NCBI RefSeq assembly: GCF_001194135.2
Contig: NC_068994.1
Coordinates: forward strand, 49,319,536 to 49,380,406
Direction: 5' to 3'
DNA: 60,871 nt
Source of the DNA: Octopus bimaculoides
Taxonomy: Eukaryota
Shown piece by piece: positions 1 to 12,860 of the stretch. The position numbers and the translations under genes are program-made. Each line of letters opens with the position of its first letter. Positions within the stretch are counted from its first letter, which is position 1. Under the pieces are notes generated by a model, which saw only the letters and a list, made by a program, of their open reading frames with translations, searched no databases and was not told the DNA's origin.

Positions 1-35
<35 letters not shown>

Positions 36-221
36 GTATGTATGTATGTACCTGTGTTTGTATATTTATGTATATATATGTATACATATGATGTGGCACC
101 TAGTCAAGAATCCGACAACCATTTCCGATAACTTGTCTTGGATTGAGTCGATCAATATTTTCTGCACAATTAACCAAATTTCCTTCACCTCTCCCTCTGC
201 TCTTCTATTATCCATTTGTTG

Positions 222-291
<70 letters not shown>

Positions 292-310
292 AAATGTATC
301 TATCTATCTG

Positions 311-383
<73 letters not shown>
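222..383. repeat. (CTAT)n tetranucleotide microsatellite
   Basis: Near-perfect CTAT array; source of the 'SIYL' ORFs. Confidence 0.98.
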
Positions 384-1312
384 GTCTCTGCTGCTCAGTC
401 CATCTACCTGCCTGTTTGTCCGACTCTCTGTATCTGAACGTCTTTAAGTATATATTCGCCTTTGTTTTCTCCTTACAGAGACGTGCAACAGTTCTATACA
501 TTATGTGCATATATGCATAAATATATATATATACGTCGGTCTATTCTCACATCTATGTGTGCATATACATGTATAATACATACATAGATACATTAAGACA
601 TGCAAGCATACATATATATACATACACATATATATGTGTATGTATATATGTGTGTGTGTGCATTTGTCTGTGTGTGTGTGTCTGTGTGTGAATGTGTGCG
701 CAAGAGTATTTTTGTAAATCAGGGGGAAAATAAATTTCTTTATTCTGCTTTAGTATGTTTAATGGAAACGGACAAGATTGATCCGTTTGTCTGAATGTCT
801 GCGTCTCATGCTCACTTTCACTGTCGGTTCCTTTCGCTCTCGTATCTCATAAATGTTTCTTCCTGTACACACACACTCACATACACGGACAGACATAAAT
901 GTANNNNNNNNNNNNNNNNNNNNNNNNNNNNNNNNNNNNNNNNNNNNNNNNNNNNNNNNNNNNNNNNNNNNNNNNNNNNNNNNNNNNNNNNNNNNNNNNN
1001 NNNNNNNNNNNNNNNNNNNNNNNNNNNNNNNNNNNNNNNNNNNNNNNNNNNNNNNNNNNNNNNNNNNNNNNNNNNNNNNNNNNNNNNNNNNNNNNNNNNN
1101 NNNNNNNNNNNNNNNNNNNNNNNNNNNNNNNNNNNNNNNNNNNNNNNNNNNNNNNNNNNNNNNNNNNNNNNNNNNNNNNNNNNNNNNNNNNNNNNNNNNN
1201 NNNNNNNNNNNNNNNNNNNNNNNNNNNNNNNNNNNNNNNNNNNNNNNNNNNNNNNNNNNNNNNNNNNNNNNNNNNNNNNNNNNNNNNNNNNNNNNNNNNN
1301 NNNNNNNNNNNN

Positions 1313-1500
1313 CATATATATGGGAGAATATATATGGGAGAATGTACGAAAAATCAACAACAGACGAGGACAGGTGGTGTAAATAACAAAAGGATGTATT
1401 AGTATGACGCTCGGGAATACGGAAAGTCTTTGACGTTTCGAGCTACGCTCTTCAACAGAAAGAATACGGAGACAAGGAGAAAAACACGGAGAAAAAAAAA
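1313..1500 (-). mobile_element. Penelope-like element pseudo-LTR remnant
   Basis: Minus strand contains a minimal hammerhead (GAAGAGC-GTA-GCTCGAAACGTC) followed by GAGCGTC.TA.TAATAC; the same order of motifs recurs at 14.6 kb. Confidence 0.6.
1428..1462 (-). ncRNA. Minimal type I hammerhead ribozyme motif (variant core CUGUUGA)
   Basis: CUUU-CUGUUGA-A-GAGC-GUA-GCUC-GAAACGUC-AAAG: 4-bp stem I, 4-bp stem II, loopless palindromic stem III, GUC site; A6 replaced by U. Confidence 0.65.
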
Positions 1501-1607
1501 TTGAATAATGTTCAGTCAACGGTCAATCATAATAATGTCAACGGTCAATCATAATATATATATGTGTGTGTGTTTATATATTTATATATAAGTGTATATA
1601 TCTCTTA

Positions 1608-2248
1608 AATTTTTACTCATTTTACACGTTTCAGTGATTTGACTGCGACCATGCTGGGACATAGCCTTTAGTCGGAGTAATCGACCCCAGAACTTATTCT
1701 TTGTAAGCCTAGAACTTATTATATCGGTCGTTTTCACCGAACCGCTAAGTTAAGAGGACATAAACAGACTAACATCGGTTGTCAAGTTATGGTTGATAGG
1801 ATAAAGAGATACAAAAACTCACACACACATATGTGTATATATATAAATATATATACATGACAAGCTTCTTTCGGTTTACCAAATCTGCCCACGAGGCTTT
1901 GGTCGGCCCTAGGCTATAGTAGAAGACACTTGTCCAAGGTACAACGCACTCGAAACATGGCTCGCCAAGGCGGTGAGCTGGCAGAAACGTTAGCACGCCG
2001 GGCGAAATTCATAGCGGTATTTCGTCCGCCGTTACGTTCTGAGTTCAAATTCCGCCGAGGTCGACTTTGCCTTTCATCCTTTCTAGGTCGATTAAATAAG
2101 TAGTAGTTACGCACTGGGGTCAAAATGATCGACTTAACCCGTTTGTCTGTCCTTGTTTGTCCCCTCTGTGTGTAACTCCTTGTGGGCAGTAAAGAAATAC
2201 GAAACCATGTAGTTGGGAAGCAATCTTCTCACCACACAGTCACGCCTG
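1608..2248 (-). mobile_element. SINE-B (tRNA head, CORE-like domain), interrupted by a SINE-A insertion
   Basis: Matches copies at 3.5, 23.1, 50.6 and 57.4 kb; the head resumes at 2200-2248 after the inserted SINE-A. Confidence 0.85.
1969..2199 (+). mobile_element. SINE-A, full length, tail type 1
   Basis: GGCGGTGAGCTGGCAGAAACGTTAGCACG head, B-box-like GAGTTCAAATTCC, ends TTGTGGGCAGTAAAGAAATA; many copies in the window. Confidence 0.92.
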
Positions 2249-3548
2249 TATATATACGTATACGCATACACACGTACGTACATGCATGCATACATATATC
2301 GTGCGTGTATATGTATGTGTGTGTGAGATAAGGCGCGACATATACGTGCGTGGGTGTCAGCATTAGTAAGTTAGAAGGCTTCATGTTTTCAATTCTTTCT
2401 TTAATGAACAGCGAAACTAAAGTAAAATAAAACGAAGAAGCCTTAGACGTACAAATGTCAATCAAGTTTTCTCAATCGTTAACGATCATTCAAATATAGA
2501 CGTATGCAAATATACGTGTATATAATGTATGTATGTATGTTTCTACTTGAATGCATGTATATGTATATGTATATATATATCTATCTATATATATATATAT
2601 GAAGAAAAATGAGAAAGAGAGTGAAAGAGAGAGAGAGAGAAGAGAAAGGGAAAAAATTGAGACAGACTGACAGGCAATGAAGTAGATACACGCAATTATA
2701 TATATATCGGTGTAAGTAAATGTATGTATATATAAGTATATATATGTATGTGTGTATGTGTGTGTGTGTGTGTGGGGGGATGTTTATGTACATAAATGTG
2801 TATGTGTAACCGTGTGTGTATATCTTGTGATATAGCCTTGAAGGATTTTTAAATGGCTAAAATTCGCCTTCCTCAATATATTTTAGTTTTAATGCGTGAT
2901 CGCCGTACATACATACATACATACATACATAGGTATGTGTGTGTGCATTTGTGTATATATTGAGTTGCTACTACGAAAATAATTCTGAAATATTTTTTCA
3001 ACAAACTTTTGTGTGTTGGTGTACACACACACACACACGTGTATGTATAGCACACACACACATATACGCACATATNNNNNNNNNNNNNNNNNNNNNNNNN
3101 NNNNNNNNNNNNNNNNNNNNNNNNNNNNNNNNNNNNNNNNNNNNNNNNNNNNNNNNNNNNNNNNNNNNNNNNNNNNNNNNNNNNNNNNNNNNNNNNNNNN
3201 NNNNNNNNNNNNNNNNNNNNNNNNNNNNNNNNNNNNNNNNNNNNNNNNNNNNNNNNNNNNNNNNNNNNNNNNNNNNNNNNNNNNNNNNNNNNNNNNNNNN
3301 NNNNNNNNNNNNNNNNNNNNNNNNNNNNNNNNNNNNNNNNNNNNNNNNNNNNNNNNNNNNNNNNNNNNNNNNNNNNNNNNNNNNNNNNNNNNNNNNNNNN
3401 NNNNNNNNNNNNNNNNNNNNNNNNNNNNNNNNNNNNNNNNNNNNNNNNNNNNNNNNNNNNNNNNNNNNNNNNNNNNNNNNNNNNNNNNNNNNNNNNNNNN
3501 NNNNNNNNNNNNNNNNNNNNNNNNNNNNNNNNNNNNNNNNNNNNNNNN

Positions 3549-3680
3549 ACTTATTCTTTGTAAGCCTAGTACTTATTCTATCGGTCTTATTTGCCGAACC
3601 GCTAAGTTACGGGGAAGTAAACACACCAGCATCGGTTGTCAAGCGATGTTGGGTGGACAAACACAGACACACAAACATAT

Positions 3681-3723
<43 letters not shown>

Positions 3724-3884
3724 TATGACGGGCTTCTTTCAGTTCCCGTCTACCAAATCCACTCACAAGGCTTTGGTCGGTCCGAGGCTATAGTAGAAAA
3801 CACTTGCCCAAGGAACCACGCAGTTGGACTGAACCCGGAACCATGTGGTTCGTAAGCAAGCTACTTACCACACAGCCTACGCCT
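3549..3884 (-). mobile_element. SINE-B
   Basis: Head TAGGCTGTGTGGTAAGTAGCTTGC, CORE-like CCTTGGGCAAGTGT, internal (TA/TG)n tract, 3' AAGTACTAGGCTTACAAAGAATAAGT. Confidence 0.92.
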
Positions 3885-4768
3885 ATATATATATAATTAC
3901 ACACACATATATATGTATACACTGTAATGCAATGATAGAACTACACGCGACAAACACTTCTGGAAATATAAAATTTAATGAAATATCAGCTTCGATATTC
4001 ATTCCACACGTGTTTCTTTTTATTTTTCTCCAAGTGTTTCATGTAGCGTCGTGCAATCATCAATAAGTAAAATATTCGGCCTGTCTTCTTATATTCTGTA
4101 TGTCCGCATTGTGTTTTATTCCATATTATCGAATAGTCCGCGATGCGAAGGCATAATTCTTGTGTTCCTTTGAATTTTAAACTTCCTTTGCGGAGACCAT
4201 TTTGTGAAAATTTTTTTTCCCGTGATATATCTGAGAGACTAATTATGTAACTTCTATATCATTGTATGCATGTATGTATGTATGTATGTATGTATGTATG
4301 TATGTATGTATGTATGTATTCGCTTCCATATATAAATCGGTATCTACCAGAACTAGAGGCTTCATTCTAATATTTCTTTATTCAATTCTTAATATATGTT
4401 TTTACTCTAGTATTATTACTTGTATTTTATGGTTATATTCTAGCTACGTTTGTATTAGATTACATATTAATAATTTCTACGTTATGGAGTGATCAGTCTG
4501 CGTGACTACAAAAGCAATAGATATTTAAATTGATAAGAACTATTTCTGTCTATGTATATGTGTATGTAAGCGTGTCTATATGTATATGTTTATCAATGTA
4601 TGTACGCATCTGTACGTGTATGTATCTATTGAAGTATGTATGGATACGTTTGTATGTTTCAGTATATATGTATGTATGTATGTTTGTCTATTTATGAATT
4701 TGCTTATGTACGTATGTATGTATGTATGTATGTATGTATGTATGTATGTATCTATATATTTATGTAGG

Positions 4769-4820
<52 letters not shown>

Positions 4821-4900
4821 TGTGTGTATTTATAAATGTATGTATGTATATGCGTATGTTTATACGTATGTACCTACTTATAAATGTTTGTATGTATATA

Positions 4901-4997
4901 TAGGCGCAATCGCGGCTGTGTGGTAAAAAGCTTGCTTCCCAACCACATGGTTCCGGTTTCTGTCCCACTGCGTGGCCCTCGGGAAAATGTCTTCTAT
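4901..4997 (+). mobile_element. SINE-B head fragment
   Basis: GGCTGTGTGGTAAAAAGCTTGCTTCCCAACCACATGGTTCCGG matches other SINE-B heads. Confidence 0.85.
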
Positions 4998-5334
4998 GTG
5001 CGTGACATGGTGATCTCATATCAAGATTAACAGCTCATGACCTTGCTGGTGGGGCCCAGTTCGAATTTTCTTCAGGTCGAGTAGCCCATCCCGTTCAAAA
5101 GGTCCCTGAATAGGGTTTGTTTAAGGATGTTGAGCAAAACACCCATGTTTCCAAAGGTGAATTATTCAAACCTCAAAGAATTCCTCTCAAAACAAGGTTA
5201 TGATGCTCCCCCACTACTTCTGCTCATGATCAAAGATGCACATATCGTCAGCCACCAAGGGACATGCTCAACTGGTTAAGGTCAAACAATGACTTATTAT
5301 TATTATTATCATTATTATCATTATTATTATTATG

Positions 5335-5520
5335 AAGTCGAAGAGCTGGCAAAATCGATAACGCCCCGGAGAAAATGCTTTGCAGCATTTTTTCTGGCCT
5401 TTTACTTTCTAAGTTCAAATGTTGCCAAGATCAACTTAGTCTTACCCCCTTTCAGGATCGAGAGAAATAATTACCAGTCGAAGACGGACCCCAAAATTTC
5501 AAGGTTTTTGCCTATAGTAC
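5335..5520 (+). mobile_element. SINE-A, degenerate
   Basis: GAGCTGGCAAAATCGATAACG...AAGTTCAAAT...TTTTGCCTATAGTACAAA aligns by eye to SINE-A with tail type 2. Confidence 0.7.
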
Positions 5521-5605
5521 AAAGTGTATATTGAAATCAGCTGAATTCACATGTATTTCTTTATACACTTATAGTTAGTTCTTAGTGAACAGTAACCACT
5601 TTAGA

Positions 5606-5609
<4 letters not shown>

Positions 5610-5704
<95 letters not shown>
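5610..5704. repeat. (TC)n microsatellite
   Basis: Long polypyrimidine dinucleotide run. Confidence 0.98.
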
Positions 5705-6216
5705 ACACACACACAGACTGAAACGAAGCGCTACTCCCACGTCTATTGTGCATAACAATAAATAATTTTTTGAATATTCATTTTTCTTTAACATTGAAAT
5801 TTTCTGAGATTCACTTATATAGGTAAATGGACAATAACATACATGATTATTATTTTGTATTAAACTAAGAAAGTTTAATTAATTAACTAATATTATTACA
5901 TTATTACCGTCTCTAGTATTAAGAAGAACGCCTTTCTTCTAAGTGATTAATACTGGACAGAAACAAAGCGGATGGCAACGCCGAAATTATATTACACATA
6001 CACACACACACACGCGTATACACACACACAGATTCACGCATACGTGTATACGCATATATGTCTATATATCGATGTATGTACGTGTGTGTATAGATATGTA
6101 TGTGTGTATAAATTTATCTATGTGTGTGTGTGTGTATATATATACGTATATATACATATGTGTATACATATATGTGTATATATATATATATAAGTGTATA
6201 CATATATGTATGTACG

Positions 6217-6256
<40 letters not shown>

Positions 6257-6436
6257 AACGCATCTATATATTTTTGTTTCTCTATATACATGCACGTATA
6301 CCATCACACAGGCACTCAAATATACATATGTATGTATGTATGCATATACATATATATATATTTATATATATGTGTATATATATATATCCATGCATACATA
6401 TATATATATCTATATATATATTTATCTCTCTCTCTC

Positions 6437-6494
<58 letters not shown>

Positions 6495-7071
6495 GTGTGT
6501 GTATATATATATAAGTATGTATGTATGTATGTATGTATGTATATGTGTGTGGATGTAGCATATACGATGTATTAAGCTGAGTAATTTCCATTAATATTAC
6601 ACACCCAGGAATGAGAACAATAATTTTCTAAATGACAAATTTTGATCAAAGGCTGGGGAAAACAGTTTAATTTGTTAAAAATATAGTTCAAGTAATTAAA
6701 ATTAATTAACTATAGAACGTAATAGAAAAAGAGTCTGTTCTTTAGCAATACAGTGAAAATTGTGTACACGTTTCAGTTTTATTGTAGCTTTTCAGTAAAG
6801 AATACTTTTGTCGTTATATCAGATTTTGGATTCACAAAAATAAGAAAAAAATTCATGTATAGTAAATCTCTTGATAAACAGTGACATGACCAGGGAAACT
6901 ATCCAGGGAAGCCCACTGTACAAAAGCGTAATAGTAAAGTGCGTGCTATCCTACTTAACGCACTAAATCAAATTGTTTTTAAGTAATTAATTTTTTAGAC
7001 CGTCTGCAGAATACTAGTGTGTGACCTAATTGGTAGATTATATCGAGTATCTGACAATGTTCCTGATTGAT

Positions 7072-7320
7072 GAAACTGGTAAGCCGACCCTCATGAGTCG
7101 GTATGATTAGAGATGGTAATTTTACCTTTACCTTTACCAAGCGACGCGTTTTCTGGAGCAAAACATTATATTTCAGGTTTCTCCTTTCTAGTTAGCTGGT
7201 AAAAACGTGTTATCCTGCGACGGGTCGGCTTTCTTTCAAGAAGTGAATATATGCACCATTGAAACCGGGAAACCAACCCTATGAGTTTATAAGACACGGA
7301 AAAGATCTTTATCCTATTTA
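7072..7320 (+). mobile_element. Two SINE-C (RTE-like) 3' tails
   Basis: GAAACTGGTAAGCCGACCCTCATGAG...(TTTACC)n and GAAACCGGGAAACCAACCCTATGAG match the tails at 17.8 and 22.87 kb. Confidence 0.65.
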
Positions 7321-9239
7321 TCCGTATTCAGACAGGACGGAAGTGTTGATGCTATTTCTTAGTTCATGTATTTGTCCCCTTGCATCACCACCTCCCAGTT
7401 AACAGCAACTTGGAATATTTTTCCTTTGCTGTTTTGAGAGATGTCTTCCATGAGTGAAGTGAATGGGTCTCACATGTATCCTAAATCTCAAACCATCCAA
7501 TCTAGGCAGGAAATCTTACAGTCAATCATATTCCTGATGTTATGTTTGTTATTACTGCTTCTGTTGCCGTTTTGGTCTTGTTGTAATGCACTTGTTGCTT
7601 CTGTCGAGTTGATGCTGTTGCTATGGTTGCGGCATTGACAATAATGTGACACGAAACTGTTTTGATTCCTGTGCCAGGAGAACAAAAAAGGCTGTCAGGC
7701 GGCAAGTGCTACCTCATGTGTAACATTTAGTCCTTCTATTCTCAACATCTAACGTACATCTGGTTGAGGTTTGGAGGCAATCTGAATTAAAAGGGATCTT
7801 GGGCAAACATTCCATTTGTACATGGATGAGGACTTCCACGCCATCTCCGAAAGTTCTGATGCTATTTTTTTTTTTTTACATCAAGGCTTGTCTTCCCTTG
7901 TCATAACACATGCCAGCAAGCCCCAAAAGTTCAGTTCAGGTGACACATCCAGCACCTTCTCCTTCTTCAGGGAACAGTGCAGTGATTCTGTGAATGTTCT
8001 GGGAAACAGATCTTTCTCCCACTGTCCCACATTGCCTTGCACAAGTGACAAATCTCCAGTCTGGAGTCATCAATAGCTCCAGATTCCTCATAAACATTTC
8101 GTTAAATGAATGTACGTATCTGTATGTGAGAGGACGAAAGAAAGATAAAGACAGAAAGAGGGAGGAAGAGAGTCAGAGTAAGAGGGTCAGAGAAAGAGAG
8201 GAATGTAGATTTCTCTATATATGGCTCTGTTTATATAAATAACGAGTGGTTATCTGCGTGAGTGCGTTTGTAAATGTGGCTGTGTGTGTGTATGTCGGCG
8301 TGCGTGTGTACACAAAGTGAATGTAATGTGCTGATGGAATGATTTAGTATTCACAGTGCATCACTTAACGTTTTAATGAGGTTAATATTCTGTCAGCTCT
8401 GAAAGGTTAAATACAGACATATCAAACCACAGACAAGCATACATACCATAATATTTTTCTCGCAGACACACGCATACATACACATACACATAAACAGACG
8501 CGCATACACACATACACACACGCGCGCACACAAACACCCGCAGATTCACATGCACACTCACACACATATATATGCAAACACGCCACGTAAACATTTGTAT
8601 CTATATCTCTCACTTTCTCACTCTCTATATATTGTATATGATATATATANNNNNNNNNNNNNNNNNNNNNNNNNNNNNNNNNNNNNNNNNNNNNNNNNNN
8701 NNNNNNNNNNNNNNNNNNNNNNNNNNNNNNNNNNNNNNNNNNNNNNNNNNNNNNNNNNNNNNNNNNNNNNNNNNNNNNNNNNNNNNNNNNNNNNNNNNNN
8801 NNNNNNNNNNNNNNNNNNNNNNNNNNNNNNNNNNNNNNNNNNNNNNNNNNNNNNNNNNNNNNNNNNNNNNNNNNNNNNNNNNNNNNNNNNNNNNNNNNNN
8901 NNNNNNNNNNNNNNNNNNNNNNNNNNNNNNNNNNNNNNNNNNNNNNNNNNNNNNNNNNNNNNNNNNNNNNNNNNNNNNNNNNNNNNNNNNNNNNNNNNNN
9001 NNNNNNNNNNNNNNNNNNNNNNNNNNNNNNNNNNNNNNNNNNNNNNNNNNNNNNNNNNNNNNNNNNNNNNNNNNNNNNNNNATATATAGACATATGTATG
9101 TATGTATATATATATACATATAAACTACTTATTTGAACTTGAATATCTATATATAATATAGTATATGTATATATATATATATGCATATATATATGTTTGT
9201 GTATATATATATACATATGTGTATATATATATATATACG

Positions 9240-9287
<48 letters not shown>

Positions 9288-9383
9288 TATATGTCTATAT
9301 AAATGTGTGTGTAGGAAATTGTTATTCTTCTAGTGTTTGTTGAACTTCTTATTAATTCTGAAACAGTAGTAGCAGTAGTAGTG

Positions 9384-9416
<33 letters not shown>

Positions 9417-9503
9417 ATAATGCCGGTTGTTTTTGTTGTTGTTATTGTTGTTTCCATTTTGCTTTCTTGATTCTTCTCTTGTTAGCGATTGAGTTAATAC
9501 TGC

Positions 9504-9535
<32 letters not shown>

Positions 9536-10150
9536 CTTCTTCCCGCTACTCCTACTGTACCTGCTGCTGTTGATGACTACGCTGTTGTTATTGTTGTCGT
9601 TGTTGTTGTTGCTAATAACTGAATTATATCCGCATCAACGTAAACCTCAACTTGAAGTAGAAATATGTAAAAGGTTATTAACATTGAAATAATGAAACTC
9701 ACTCTTCTCTTTTCTCTGTTCTCTCTCACTTCTCTCCTTCCCCTCCTCGTCCTCCTCCTCCTCGTCCTCCTCCCACTCTCCCCTCTTCTCATCCTCTCCC
9801 TTTTGTTTTCATTTATTTTTGCATATTTTTCTGTATTTATTTCTCGAAAATTATTTATATTAATTCTTCTCGCATGATGTTTGTTTTTGTGTTTTCCAAA
9901 ATTTTATTAATATTATTTTATATTATTTATTTTACAAGTATCTTTGCCGTCATTTTTTCTTTTTTGGTGTTTTCTTGATTTTATTGTCATCATTATTAAT
10001 CAGGTTTTCGTGCAGTCACGTTTTAATTATATATATATATATAAATATATATATATATTTATATATGTGTGTTTATATATATATATATATATAGGTACAT
10101 ACATATTTATGAAAATAAATATAAATATATATATATATTTATATATGTGT

Positions 10151-10185
<35 letters not shown>

Positions 10186-10335
10186 TACACAAATATATAC
10201 TTACACATAAATAAATATACATTTACATTTATGTATTTTCAAATATATATGTGTGTATGTGTAGTGTGTATGCATTCCCTTGCACATACACACACGCACG
10301 CATGCATGCATACATAAACACACACACGGACGCAC

Positions 10336-10373
<38 letters not shown>

Positions 10374-10667
10374 CCACATGTAGTTACTTATCTATTTATT
10401 CATGTACTTAAATCTTCATTTCTGTGTGTAATTAATAATTCATTCTGATACAGTAATTTACGTTCGACTGTACCGAAGATCACATTCTTTTAGATCTTAA
10501 TTAGATCTCTAAGAGTTATATGTAGGTGTCAAACCGAGATTGGTTCTTCTATTGTTGTCAATTGTCAAGTCACAATCTCCAGATACTGAACGTACGGGGG
10601 CACATAAGCAAGATTTATTTGTGTGTACGTACACATGCATATACGTATATATACGTGTATGTCTGCA

Positions 10668-10708
<41 letters not shown>

Positions 10709-10709
10709 G

Positions 10710-10779
<70 letters not shown>
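10668..10779. repeat. (CTAT)n microsatellite
   Basis: Direct observation. Confidence 0.98.
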
Positions 10780-10782
10780 CAT

Positions 10783-11443
10783 CTTGCACGCTAGAAGGAA
10801 AAGCTAAAATCTAAACCACTATTAGGGATAAAACTGCGAAGGGAATGAAGAATAAAAACACTTACCATCCATATCGTGGACCATGATTTCAGAACTTTCT
10901 TTAGCAAATAAAATAATTTGCTAGGCGAAGTCTTCATCAGCAGGTACGCCAAGAATTAAACATATAAGGAATCCTATGACGGATACCTCTTATGTGCTTA
11001 ACTGTACACTGTATTTATATGAATAATATAAAGTCTATTGACTAATATTTTTAAACGCTAGGCCATTGGTAGTAGGAAATTTCTAAAAAAAATTCCTTCT
11101 TACCCTGGTATTAATTATTGATAATTTTCCTGGAAAATTTTCGAAGAAACACCGACATTATTTTATTTTATTTGTTGCCGACAAAAAACTGCGCTTGCGC
11201 GGTAGATTTGAAAAATTATTATGTATAAGCATGGAGCATATGCTGGATTGCATCGTACTTATATGTTTAATTCTTGGCGTACCTGCTGATGAAGACTTCG
11301 CCTAGCAAAATATTTTATTTGCTAAAATAAGTTCTGAAACCATGATCCAGGAGATAGATGGTAAATGTTTATATTTTTCATTCCCTTCGAAGTTTTATCC
11401 CTAAGGGTGGTTTGGATTTTAGGTGTTCCTTCTAGCGTGCAAG
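10783..11443. repeat. 186-bp inverted repeat (arms 10783-10968 and 11258-11443)
   Basis: CTTGCACGCTAGAAGG...CATATAAG is the reverse complement of CTTATATG...CCTTCTAGCGTGCAAG, with scattered mismatches. Confidence 0.95.
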
Positions 11444-11592
11444 GAATCTTATGACGAATACCTTTTATGTGCTTCAATGTACATTGTATTTATATGAATA
11501 ATATAAAGTTTATTGACTAATTTTTTACACGCTAGGCCACTGGTAGTATGATATTTCAAAAAAAAAATTCCTTATTACCCTGATATTAATTA

Positions 11593-11593
<1 letters not shown>
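10969..11593 (+). repeat. 150-bp direct repeat (10969-11118 and 11444-11593)
   Basis: GAATC(C/T)TATGACG...TACCCTG(G/A)TATTAATTAT occurs twice, each time immediately after an inverted-repeat arm. Confidence 0.95.
11231..11360 (+). pseudogene. Candidate signal-peptide first exon with in-frame TAG
   Basis: Reads MEHMLDCIVLICLILGVPADEDFA*QNILFAKISSETMIQEID-G|GTAAAT; the inverted copy has a perfect G|GTAAGT donor. No homology known to me. Confidence 0.2.
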
Positions 11594-11634
<41 letters not shown>

Positions 11635-12462
11635 NNNNNNNNNNNNNNNNNNNNNNNNNNNNNNNNNNNNNNNNNNNNNNNNNNNNNNNNNNNNNNNNNN
11701 NNNNNNNNNNNNNNNNNNNNNNNNNNNNNNNNNNNNNNNNNNNNNNNNNNNNNNNNNNNNNNNNNNNNNNNNNNNNNNNNNNNNNNNNNNNNNNNNNNNN
11801 NNNNNNNNNNNNNNNNNNNNNNNNNNNNNNNNNNNNNNNNNNNNNNNNNNNNNNNNNNNNNNNNNNNNNNNNNNNNNNNNNNNNNNNNNNNNNNNNNNNN
11901 NNNNNNNNNNNNNNNNNNNNNNNNNNNNNNNNNNNNNNNNNNNNNNNNNNNNNNNNNNNNNNNNNNNNNNNNNNNNNNNNNNNNNNNNNNNNNNNNNNNN
12001 NNNNNNNNNNNNNNNNNNNNNNNNNNNNNNNNNNNNNNNNNNNNNNNNNNNNNNNNNNNNNNNNNNNNNNNNNNNNNNNNNNNNNNNNNNNNNNNNNNNN
12101 NNNNNNNNNNNNNNNNNNNNNNNNNNNNNNNNNNNNNNNNNNNNNNNNNNNNNNNNNNNNNNNNNNNNNNNNNNNNNNNNNNNNNNNNNNNNNNNNNNNN
12201 NNNNNNNNNNNNNNNNNNNNNNNNNNNNNNNNNNNNNNNNNNNNNNNNNNNNNNNNNNNNNNNNNNNNNNNNNNNNNNNATATATATATATTTGTGTGCA
12301 AGTATATACACACGTACATACATGGTACATTGCCGCACAGACACAGACACACATATACATACATGAATATATCCGTATGTATACACATATATAATAATAT
12401 AGCACTTTCATTGATGCATGCGTATATACACACTTATGTGTATATATATGTATATATATATG

Positions 12463-12525
<63 letters not shown>

Positions 12526-12860
12526 ATATGCATATATGTATATTTGTATAATTTATGTGATGCATTCGCACGCACACACACACACATACGCATGCGCATA
12601 CACATACACACACACACATACTCACGCACACACATGCATATATATTGTTGATGTCATAAATCTTCGAGAAAACGGGGAATAATTCTATTTTGGGAATTGG
12701 TTCTCGAAGTACATATATATTATTCTTAACTAAAAAACGTAAGTAAATATAACTCTACAAAAAAACAGCTTGAAAATATTAGGCTGAAAATCCCTTTTGG
12801 ATAGAAAATGTCTATTCTGGTTTGTATCCCACCGGCAGTCTTCAATATTTACGATCCAAA

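Noticed and set aside
5035-5290. Probable interspersed repeat between SINE-B and SINE-A
   Set aside because: Only one copy is in the window, so repeat status and class cannot be supported from this sequence.
11286-11363. Hammerhead-like CUGAUGA...GAAA-CCAU/AUGG-UA in the inverted-repeat arm (also 10863-10940, minus strand)
   Set aside because: Stems II and III can form, but no stem I pairing exists in either copy, and the putative cleavage site coincides with a GT splice-donor motif.
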